From NCBI GenBank assembly GCA_038229595.1, contig JBBROH010000001.1, forward strand, positions 50,633 through 114,632: 64,000 nt of DNA. The letters are read 5' to 3'. Every line of letters begins with the position of its first letter. Within the stretch, counting starts at the first letter, position 1. The notes under the pieces are model-generated. The model did no database searches. It was not told the DNA's origin and was given only the letters and a program-made list of their open reading frames with translations. This DNA is from Chloroflexia bacterium. GTDB taxonomy: Bacteria; Chloroflexota; Chloroflexia; QHBQ01. Shown here in pieces: positions 35,669 through 43,579 of the stretch. The position numbers and the translations under genes are program-made.

Positions 35669-36771
35669 GGTGAAGGGTCTACCATCTTTAGCAAGAGCAG
35701 GCTCACTTCGCGGCCCTTCGCCAGCATAAAGAGGATGTTGCGCTCGTCTGCGCTCAAGCCCGTAGCGTTGACCAGCCTTGCATACTGCTTCATGTACTCG
35801 CGCTGGTCGCGCTCTCCCACCTCTGCGCCAGCCAGGGCGGCCAGGATCGCGGCATGGGCGGCGCGTAGCTTAGCATCACGCGCAGCCACCGCCGCTTCGA
35901 TAGCAGCCGCGACTACCTCGGTCTTGAGCCGAAACTCCTCTGGCAGCTTCTTGACCATCTCCATCAAGCTGCCGTCGGCCATCGCCTCGTGGATGCGCCT
36001 GCTGGTCAGGCCGCTAACCAGGCGGTGCAGTTCAAGGTACTCGCTGGTCTTGAGCTTGACCCGCAGGCCGTTGCTATAGCGTAGCACCCAGCCCTCCACC
36101 CCCCGTGAGGCGGCGGCCAATGCAACCAGCGACGGCACAGCCATGCTCTCCGCCTGCGCCACCAGCTTGAAGCCGTACTGCGCGGCGATCAGTTGCAAGC
36201 TAGCGTAATTGTGGTCGTAGCCATCGGCAATCTCTATCGCGCCGATCAGATAGAGGTTCTCCTCGCCCGCGTAATCTACCACGATGCGGTTTTGGGGGTA
36301 GATGATCTCGAATAGCAAGGTGGTGTGCAGCGGGAATTGCGCGCTGGCGAAGTTGCGGCGCACGAACGCGGTTGCCCACTGGGCCTGCGCTGAGTTGAAT
36401 GCACCCCGCGTGGCGATGCGGTAAACCCCCGCGTACCAGAAGCCAATGCCCAGTGAGCCGTCCAGCTTGATCGTCACCTCTGGCGGCTCTGGCGGCAGGT
36501 TGTTCAGCGTGGTCTGCGGCATCTCGCCCAGGTTGAAGAACTTACTGAAAGGACGAGCGGCTAGCTTCGCCGTCGGCCAGTGGAAGATCAGGCCACGGCA
36601 CATCTGCTCGATCTCCGTCCAGCCGTGATCGTAGACTGCCTGCTCGGTGTAGTTGAGGATCAGATACTCACCCTCGACCTGGGCGCGGATGTTGCCCAGG
36701 GCGCGGTAAGCCTCGCGGTTCGCTCCATGCTGGCGCACTGCTTCGGTGATCGTCTCCAATGCGTCAATCAT
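35620..36771 (-). CDS. T4 RnlA (Rnl1)-family RNA ligase
   Basis: Aligns by eye with T4 Rnl1: MCRGLIF, ARPFSKFFNLGE, adenylylation motif IKLDGSL, LFEIIYPQNRIVV, EGWVLRY.NGLRVKLKT.EY. Start at ATG 36771 (GAAGGG RBS), not the 538-aa ORF-track start. Confidence 0.8.
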   Translation of the reverse strand: MIDALETITEAVRQHGANREAYRALGNIRAQVEGEYLILNYTEQAVYDHGWTEIEQMCRGLIFHWPTAKLAARPFSKFFNLGEMPQTTLNNLPPEPPEVTIKLDGSLGIGFWYAGVYRIATRGAFNSAQAQWATAFVRRNFASAQFPLHTTLLFEIIYPQNRIVVDYAGEENLYLIGAIEIADGYDHNYASLQLIAAQYGFKLVAQAESMAVPSLVALAAASRGVEGWVLRYSNGLRVKLKTSEYLELHRLVSGLTSRRIHEAMADGSLMEMVKKLPEEFRLKTEVVAAAIEAAVAARDAKLRAAHAAILAALAGAEVGERDQREYMKQYARLVNATGLSADERNILFMLAKGREVSLLLLKMVDPSPYDGLLTFGPTSEGAA

Positions 36772-36797
36772 CGCTGACCCTTCATGTTTGCCAGAGC

Positions 36798-38546
36798 TTA
36801 GCGGTTCTCGCGCTGCACCGCCCAGCCGAGGCGGGCCGAGCGCAGGCGCAAGCCCAAGCGCGGAGCCACCTGCAACAAGCCGCCTTCGATCCGCCGTAGC
36901 CGCCGCCCACCGAGTAGGCGCGCGGCCTTGCGGTAGAGGCGCAGGCTGGCGGCAGCCCTGATCGCCGCCAGGTAGTCCAGCCCCCACAGCCCCATCCGCC
37001 TTGCCCCCAGCACGCCGAAGGCCAGCAGCAGGATGCGCGGGTAGACGCGCAGGGTGTGCAGCGTCACGCGGGTATAGTCGCCCAGCGAAGTCGTGTCCTG
37101 GAAGAAGCGGCGGCTGAGGTCGGGGCCGAGGTCGGCTAGCACGCGGCAAAAGATGTTCATGATCTGGTTCACCTCGTTCTGCTTGCCCTGGGCTAGCCCC
37201 ACCTGGGTCGGCGACATGAAACGGCTGAAGACCCACATCATGCCCAGGTTCTGCTGGTGCGCCCCGATCCGCCGCAGCGAACCAGCATCTAGCAGGTTGC
37301 GGCTGAGGGCGAGATCGAGCAAACTGGTGATGCGGCCAAGATTGCGAACGTGGCTGCCGAAGCCGCAGAAGGTGAGCGGCGATTGCTGGGCTGCCGCGTC
37401 GCCAATGCTGATGATCCGCTCTGTGGCCCCACTACCCGCCCGCACGCGCAGGCCGTCGCGGTGGCGAGCGGGGATGAAGCCGTAGACGGGCTTGCAGTGC
37501 TGGAAATCTTTGCCAATCCTCTTGTAAGTGGGTAGCAGGCGGAAGTAGTCCTCAAACAGGGCCAGCAGGTCGCACTCGCCACCCTCGTCCAGGTTGGCAT
37601 AGTAGAAGACGTAGGTAGTCATCTCATCTTCGCGGCCAGGGAAGCCCTCCCAGATCAACTGCCGCCCCCCCTGCGCGTCGGCCACACTCACCAGCACGTC
37701 ACCCACTCCCGGATCAACCTCATCTATCGCGTTGCCTTGCACAAAGCCTTGCGCCACCGTGCCAACCGTCGGGCAAACCGCACTGAAGGGCCGCCCGTCG
37801 TTGAGTGCCTGCGCCAGGGGAGAGGTGCTGCCCATGTCATCCACCAGCAGCGCAGCCCTGAAGCGACAAACCGTCGCGCTGTCATCCTCCACTTCCACCA
37901 CAACCCTGCCCACCTTGCCGCCCGCTTGCACGTAGGCGTGGCGGAAGCCATAGCCAGAGCGGATCAGGCTGCCAGTGCCAGACTGCTCGATCTTCTGCAC
38001 GCAGAGGGCCAGCAGTGCGCTGGCATCCAACGCGAGGTCTAGTACGCCAGTCAGCTTGAGGTCTGCCGCTGGCACCCTGATCGTATTGGGGGCGAAGCGG
38101 ATCACGCCCGTATGGTAGCGACGCTGGATGATCGGCTCAAGCTCGGCCCAGGTGAACAGGCCGAGGCCAACCAGCCTGCCCAGTTCAGCCGCGCTGATGT
38201 TCCACTCGCGGTGGGTGCTGCCGATCTCCTTGCGGTCGAAGACCAGCACTTTGCGGCGGTAGCGGGTTGCTAGCAATGCCGCATCCAGCAGACCCAACCC
38301 AGCCCCAGCGTAGATCACCTCAAACTCACCGTCGCTGGCTGGCAGCACGTCCACATAGCTGATCACCGGTGCAGGGTCGTGCTGCACGAAGTAGCGTTGC
38401 CAGGCCCGATTGAGGCCGTAGGCGTGGCCCAGCGCGTCCAGGCCGCCCGGCATGGCGGTGAAGGCAGCTACGGTTAGGGGATACTGGGCGCGTAGTTGCT
38501 CGGCCAGGGCTTCAGCGGTGCTGTGCAGGTTAGCGGTTGCGGTCAT
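36798..38546 (-). CDS. FAD-dependent oxidoreductase, CruA/CruP (lycopene cyclase-like) family
   Basis: Dinucleotide-binding VIYAGAGLGLLDAALLA...VLVFD. IGDAAAQQSPLTFCGFG resembles the CruA/CruP signature as I recall it. Confidence 0.6.
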   Translation of the reverse strand: MTATANLHSTAEALAEQLRAQYPLTVAAFTAMPGGLDALGHAYGLNRAWQRYFVQHDPAPVISYVDVLPASDGEFEVIYAGAGLGLLDAALLATRYRRKVLVFDRKEIGSTHREWNISAAELGRLVGLGLFTWAELEPIIQRRYHTGVIRFAPNTIRVPAADLKLTGVLDLALDASALLALCVQKIEQSGTGSLIRSGYGFRHAYVQAGGKVGRVVVEVEDDSATVCRFRAALLVDDMGSTSPLAQALNDGRPFSAVCPTVGTVAQGFVQGNAIDEVDPGVGDVLVSVADAQGGRQLIWEGFPGREDEMTTYVFYYANLDEGGECDLLALFEDYFRLLPTYKRIGKDFQHCKPVYGFIPARHRDGLRVRAGSGATERIISIGDAAAQQSPLTFCGFGSHVRNLGRITSLLDLALSRNLLDAGSLRRIGAHQQNLGMMWVFSRFMSPTQVGLAQGKQNEVNQIMNIFCRVLADLGPDLSRRFFQDTTSLGDYTRVTLHTLRVYPRILLLAFGVLGARRMGLWGLDYLAAIRAAASLRLYRKAARLLGGRRLRRIEGGLLQVAPRLGLRLRSARLGWAVQRENR

Positions 38547-38648
38547 TGGCTCGTCCTCTATGTGATGATCTGCTGATCTATTGTAACGGATCGGCTACCT
38601 GATAACCAGCCTCGCCGCTGCTTAGCCGCTCACGGCGCGGTCGATCTG

Positions 38649-39515
38649 CTACCGCCTGTGCAAGGTCAGCACTGCGATCTCTGGGCGGGAGCGCAGGCGG
38701 TGGGGGATGCCGCTCATGCCGATGCCGCGACTGACATAGAGCGGCAAGCCGTGATGATCGCAGTAGCCGCGCAACAACTCCTCGTGCTTGTGCGGCAGGT
38801 GTGGCGCGCCGAAGAAGGGCAGGATCACCTGGCCGCCATGCGTGTGGCCGCAGAGCATCAGGTCTACGCGCTGCCCAGCGGTGCGCTCCACGAAGTCGGG
38901 GTTGTGGGCCAGCAGCACGCGGCACTGATTGGCGGGCAGGCCGCGTAGGGCGGCAGCTAGGTCGTAGTTGTGCGAACGCAAATCCTCAACCCCAGCGAAG
39001 TGCAGCCGCTCTCCCCCACGCTCCAGGCTGGCATGCTGGTTGCGTAGCACCTGTGCGCCGCCGCTTTGCAGCCCGCGCACGTTGGCCTGCTCGTGGCCGA
39101 AGTAGTCGTGATTGCCGAGGACGGCGAAGATGCCCTCCCTTGCCACCAGACCAGCAAGCAGGGTCGGGAAGCGGTAGCCAGCCCTGCGCGTTACGTAGTC
39201 ACCGAGCAGGCAGATCACATCTGGCTGCTGGGCGTTGGTCATCTCTACCACGCGGTGCAACTGCCGTTCGCCGACCCGCCAGCCGTAATGTATGTCGCTG
39301 ATCACCGCCAGCCGCAGACCGTCGAAGCTGGGGGGCAGGCCAGGTAGGCGGATGGTAGTGTGGGTTACTTCCAGCCAGAAGGGTTCGATGAAGTAGCTGT
39401 AGCCCAACGTGCCGATACCCAACACTGCCGACCCCAGCACCTTCGCCAGCAGCCGCACCTTGCGCCGCCTGAACCGTTGCCGCCCCCAGCCCTCCCGCTC
39501 GTCCGCCACCGTCAC
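38649..39515 (-). CDS. membrane-anchored calcineurin-like metallophosphoesterase (YkuE-like)
   Basis: N-terminal TM segment. Motifs ISDIHYG, LGDYV, GNHD, GHTHGG. Its GTG start overlaps the upstream TGA (GTGA). Confidence 0.85.
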   Translation of the reverse strand: MTVADEREGWGRQRFRRRKVRLLAKVLGSAVLGIGTLGYSYFIEPFWLEVTHTTIRLPGLPPSFDGLRLAVISDIHYGWRVGERQLHRVVEMTNAQQPDVICLLGDYVTRRAGYRFPTLLAGLVAREGIFAVLGNHDYFGHEQANVRGLQSGGAQVLRNQHASLERGGERLHFAGVEDLRSHNYDLAAALRGLPANQCRVLLAHNPDFVERTAGQRVDLMLCGHTHGGQVILPFFGAPHLPHKHEELLRGYCDHHGLPLYVSRGIGMSGIPHRLRSRPEIAVLTLHRR

Positions 39516-41413
39516 CGGCTGCTGACCCCCGCCGCCTTCAATGTCGCCTGCTGAATGGCGAACAACTCTGCCAACCCCTTGTCGGCGAGGTTGAGTAGCT
39601 GATCGAGGGCGGCGCGGTCGAAGGGCTTGCCCTCCGCCGTCCCCTGCACTTCGATGTACTTGCCACTGCCGGTCTGCACCACGTTGAAGTCTACCTCGGC
39701 CCGCGAGTCCTCCTCGTAGGCGAGATCGAGGCGCGCTTCGCCCGCGACGATGCCGACGCTGATGGCGGCCAGCGGCTCAAGCAGGATGCGTTTGCTGCCG
39801 ACGCGGTGCGCCTGCCGCAGCTTGTCTACCGCCAGGGCAAGGGCAACATAGGAGCCAGTAATCGCGGCGGTGCGGGTGCCACCGTCGGCGTTGATCACGT
39901 CGCAGTCCACCGTCAACTGGATGTCGCCGAGGGCGGCCAGGTCGGTGATCCCGCGCAGGCTGCGCCCGATCAGCCGTTGAATCTCTTGGGTGCGCCCGCT
40001 GACCTTGCCTGTACTGGCTTCGCGGCGGTTGCGACCGGGGGTAGCCGAGGGCAACATACTGTACTCCGCCGTCACCCAGCCGCCCTTGCCGACGCGGTGC
40101 GGTGGCAGATCGGTCTCGGCAGTGACGGCGCAGATCACCTGGGTGCGACCAAACTCAACCAGCACCGAAGCGGTAGGGAAGACCTGATAGTTGGTGGTGA
40201 TCTTGATGGGGCGCAGGTCGGTGGCGGCGCGACCATCTGGGCGAGCATTGTTCGGCACGGTTAACTCCAGGGGCGACTGGATTTGCTGGAAGGCACGGCT
40301 CACCCTTGCGGCTGCGTGCAAGGTAAAGGCTACCATGCTGCTGCTGATCGGCGGCTGGTTGGGGTACTCCTCTGGGTAAAAGAGGCTCTCCAACAGCGTC
40401 TCGGCCAGCACAAAAGGCCAGGCAACGGTAAGGGCGGCGGCCAGCAGGTCGCGCTCTATTATACTCAATTTGCACTCGCTCTGATACTCGCTGAGAAAGA
40501 GGTCGAACAGCCTTGCGTTGGCCTGCCGTTCGGGGCGCAACTCTGGCTGACCGCCGCCGCTGAAGACCAGCACGCTGAAGTAGAGTAGAGCCTGGGCCAG
40601 TTCGAGCAGGCGGGGAGCGTAGCGCGAGCTATCCCAGCCCCGCACGGTGGTTACTTCGCCCCGTCGGTTGAAGGTGAGATTGTAGCCGTGATAGTTGCCG
40701 TGGATGTGTAGCAGGCGCAGGTGGGGGGCGGCAGCAGCGATGCGGCGGTCGGCCAGGCTGTGGGCATCCGCGATCTGGTCGAGGGCAGTATCCGCCCGCT
40801 GACGGTCGGCGGGGTCGCGCAGGGCAGCTACGTAGTGACTGAGGCGATTCAGCCGCGCTCGCCCCTGCCCCAGCATTGACCACTGCTCCGGCCAGTAGTT
40901 GGTCTCGCCTGCGTACTGTTCGCTGATGCGGTGTAGCTTGCCGAGGGTACGGGCTGCACTGGCTACCTGCGTTGGGCTGTCGTAGACGAAGTTCACCCCT
41001 TCCACCCACGCTTGCAGTTCGTAGCTCTGGCCCGCCACCGCCAGGGTGGTCGCGCCGTCGGGCATGGCAATCAGGTTGGGGACGGGCAGCCCGTAGCGAC
41101 AGACGTGCAGCATGATCGCTTGCTGGTGGCGATAATCCTGGGGGCTGGCGGCTGGGTCGTGGTGGTGCAACAGGTAGACGCGCCCCCACGCATCGCTGAG
41201 GCGCAGGGCTAGCCGCCCACCATGCAGATTCAGGTGGCGGTCGAGGCGCAGCCCAGGGAGGCCATAGCTGGCGGCGGTTGCCGCAACCAAGGGGGCAAAC
41301 CGCTGGCGCACCTCCCTGGCTTCGAGCGCGTGATTGCGCGGTGGCACGACGAGGGGTGGAGTGAGCGAGCGGTCTGCGTCCGGCGCAGCCACCTCATGCG
41401 GTTGTGAAAGCAT
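39512..41413 (-). CDS. rph: fusion protein: N-terminal APH/ChoK-like kinase-fold domain plus C-terminal ribonuclease PH
   Basis: C-terminal ~240 aa: RPDGRAATDLRPI...GWVTAEYSMLP..T..R...E...GKVSGRTQEIQRLIGRSLR...DCDVINADGGTRTAAITG, which is RNase PH. The N-terminal ~390 aa have a kinase-fold catalytic loop reading HGNYHGYN instead of HGDxxxxN. Confidence 0.85.
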   Translation of the reverse strand: MLSQPHEVAAPDADRSLTPPLVVPPRNHALEAREVRQRFAPLVAATAASYGLPGLRLDRHLNLHGGRLALRLSDAWGRVYLLHHHDPAASPQDYRHQQAIMLHVCRYGLPVPNLIAMPDGATTLAVAGQSYELQAWVEGVNFVYDSPTQVASAARTLGKLHRISEQYAGETNYWPEQWSMLGQGRARLNRLSHYVAALRDPADRQRADTALDQIADAHSLADRRIAAAAPHLRLLHIHGNYHGYNLTFNRRGEVTTVRGWDSSRYAPRLLELAQALLYFSVLVFSGGGQPELRPERQANARLFDLFLSEYQSECKLSIIERDLLAAALTVAWPFVLAETLLESLFYPEEYPNQPPISSSMVAFTLHAAARVSRAFQQIQSPLELTVPNNARPDGRAATDLRPIKITTNYQVFPTASVLVEFGRTQVICAVTAETDLPPHRVGKGGWVTAEYSMLPSATPGRNRREASTGKVSGRTQEIQRLIGRSLRGITDLAALGDIQLTVDCDVINADGGTRTAAITGSYVALALAVDKLRQAHRVGSKRILLEPLAAISVGIVAGEARLDLAYEEDSRAEVDFNVVQTGSGKYIEVQGTAEGKPFDRAALDQLLNLADKGLAELFAIQQATLKAAGVSSR

Positions 41414-41474
41414 CGCAGCGTCCTACTGCGAACCCCTGCCTGACGGCGCGACCCCTCACCAGAGGGCCGGGGGT

Positions 41475-42854
41475 TCAGGATGGCGCGTCTCCGCGCTCAC
41501 GCAGCTCTTCCAATCGCTGCTTTATCGCGGCTTCGCGCCCGCGATCTGTGGGGATGTAGTAGCGGCGGCCCTGCAAGGCAGCAGGCAATCCCTCTTGTTG
41601 TACGTAGCCACCTTCATAATCATGGGCATACTTGTAGCCCGCGCCATAGCCGAGCGACTTCATCAACCCGGTGGGAGCGTTCCGCAGGTGCAGCGGCACT
41701 GGATCGGCCCGCGTGTTCCGCACGTCGTCCTTGACCGCCTTGTAGCCCGCATAGAGCGCGTTGCTCTTGGGCGCGACGCTGCAATAAACTACAGCCTGGG
41801 CCAGGGCCAGTTCCGCTTCGGGCAGGCCAATAAACTGGATCGCCTGCTGCGCCGCCATGCAAACAACCAGGGCTTGCGGGTCGGCCATGCCGATATCCTC
41901 GCTGGCGAAGCGCACAATGCGGCGGATGATATACTGCGCGTCCTCCCCCGCCTCCAGCATCCGCCCCAACCAGTAGAGGGCTGCGTCGGGGTCGCTGCCG
42001 CGCATGGTCTTGTGCAAGGCAGAGATGATGTCGTAGTGCTGCTCCCCATCCTTGTCGTAGAGCAGGGCTTTATGCTGCATCGCGTCCTCGATGGTGGCGA
42101 CGGTGATCGTGCTGCGGCCAGTCTCGTCTGGCGGAGCAGCCAGGGCGGCCAGTTCCAGGGCGTTCAGGGCAGTACGAGCATCACCGTTAGCCAACGTCAC
42201 CAGCAGGCTGACAGCCCCCTCCTCCAGCACTACGTTCGTGGCTCCCAACCCCCGCTCGTTGTCGCTGAGGGCGCGCTGCACCAGGGCGCGGATGTAGTCG
42301 TCGTCCAGAGCCTGGAGGACGAAGACGCGGGCGCGCGAGAGCAGGGCAGAGTTGACCTCGAAACTGGGGTTCTCGGTGGTGGCCCCGATCAAGGTGATCG
42401 TGCCATCCTCGACATAGGGCAGGATCACATCCTGTTGAGCCTTGTTGAAGCGGTGGATTTCGTCGATAAAAAGAACAGTGCGCTGACTACTCTGCAAGCG
42501 GCGATCTTTGGCCTCTTGGATCAGGCGGCGCAGGTCAGCCACGCCCGCCGCCACTGCGCTGATCGGCACAAAGTGGCCGCTGACCGCCTCGGCGAGGAGG
42601 TGCGCGAGGGTAGTCTTGCCGCTACCGGGCGGCCCCCAAAGGACCAGCGAGTTGAGGTTGCCGCTCTCCACCGCCTTCCGCAGCACCCGCCCAGGGCCAA
42701 TTACCTGCTCCTGGCCCACGTACTCGCCGAGGCTGCGCGGGCGCATCCGGGCGGCGAGGGGGCTGTAGCCCTCCGCTTGCTCGGCTCGCTGCCCGTGCAG
42801 GTCGATCATCCCCAACTGGTGGTCGCCAGCCTGCCTGTCTTTCGCCTTCGCCAC
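41475..42854 (-). CDS. rarA: replication-associated recombination protein A (AAA+ ATPase)
   Basis: Walker A GPPGSGKTT, Walker B FIDEIHRFNK, and the MgsA C-terminal domain (SALHKTMRGSDPDAALYWL). Confidence 0.9.
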   Translation of the reverse strand: MAKAKDRQAGDHQLGMIDLHGQRAEQAEGYSPLAARMRPRSLGEYVGQEQVIGPGRVLRKAVESGNLNSLVLWGPPGSGKTTLAHLLAEAVSGHFVPISAVAAGVADLRRLIQEAKDRRLQSSQRTVLFIDEIHRFNKAQQDVILPYVEDGTITLIGATTENPSFEVNSALLSRARVFVLQALDDDYIRALVQRALSDNERGLGATNVVLEEGAVSLLVTLANGDARTALNALELAALAAPPDETGRSTITVATIEDAMQHKALLYDKDGEQHYDIISALHKTMRGSDPDAALYWLGRMLEAGEDAQYIIRRIVRFASEDIGMADPQALVVCMAAQQAIQFIGLPEAELALAQAVVYCSVAPKSNALYAGYKAVKDDVRNTRADPVPLHLRNAPTGLMKSLGYGAGYKYAHDYEGGYVQQEGLPAALQGRRYYIPTDRGREAAIKQRLEELRERGDAPS

Positions 42855-42917
42855 GCTCTATTCCTATCCGCAAGTACGCGCAAGATGGTAAGGCGAATTG
42901 TACACCGAACCGTGCTT

Positions 42918-43280
42918 TTACGCAAGCTGAGCTGGTGGTTGGCCTAAGCTGATCGTCTCACCAATCAGCTTCTCGGCCCACTCGCGGGTGAAGGGAAACC
43001 AGCCCAACTGGTGGAAGCAGTCGGGTTGGCGAACGAAGTTGACCAGCCCAAAGCGGCTCTGTGCTGCGCTCGGCTGATGTTCGATCCAGATGCAGTGGCG
43101 GGGCTGACCCGCGTGCTGCCAGACCGCCGCCGCTAGCTGGCAGACTGCCCCACCGCTAGCGGGTTGCGCGACCGGCTCGTAGAGGACGATGGTCAACTGA
43201 CCCTCTACCTGGTAGACCCGCACGTGATAGGCCGCCTGGCTCTCCTGCGCTCTATAGATGTAGTCGTTTACCTTTGCCAC
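42918..43280 (-). CDS. hypothetical protein
   Basis: 120-aa ORF with coding-like composition. No recognisable motif. Confidence 0.45.
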   Translation of the reverse strand: MAKVNDYIYRAQESQAAYHVRVYQVEGQLTIVLYEPVAQPASGGAVCQLAAAVWQHAGQPRHCIWIEHQPSAAQSRFGLVNFVRQPDCFHQLGWFPFTREWAEKLIGETISLGQPPAQLA

Positions 43281-43517
43281 TATTTCTCAACCTCAATGTT
43301 GTTAGCCTGCTACAGGCTTGCTGGTTCGCTCTCCCCTACGCCAGCCTGCTTCATTCTACCTGACAGGGCAAGGGCTGCCAATAACCCAGTAGTACCAAAG
43401 AGCAGAGTACGATAGTACTGCTACCCCAATCTACTTTGCTGGGGACTGTTTTGGATTGCGGGCGGGATAGATGAGCGGTTAACCCTTGTGTATCTTCTTT
43501 GCTGCTGATAGCAGGCG

Positions 43518-43546
43518 TTGACTTCCTGCCTGCTTCTCCGTATAAT
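43518..43546 (+). promoter_or_regulatory. promoter of the kinase operon
   Basis: TTGACT (43518-43523), 17 nt spacer, TATAAT (43541-43546). Confidence 0.65.
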
Positions 43547-43579
43547 GGGCGTGCTAGACAGCGACCGGGAGGGTGACGG

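Noticed and set aside
36772-37236. N-terminal 155-aa extension of the RNA ligase ORF (ORF-track start 37236)
   Set aside because: The extension is P/R/G/A-rich and overlaps the 3' end of the CruA-like gene. Homology to T4 Rnl1 begins at MIDALE (ATG 36771), which has its own RBS.
41334-42947. 537-aa plus-strand ORF
   Set aside because: It is antisense to rarA, which has unambiguous AAA+ motifs. It is a shadow ORF.
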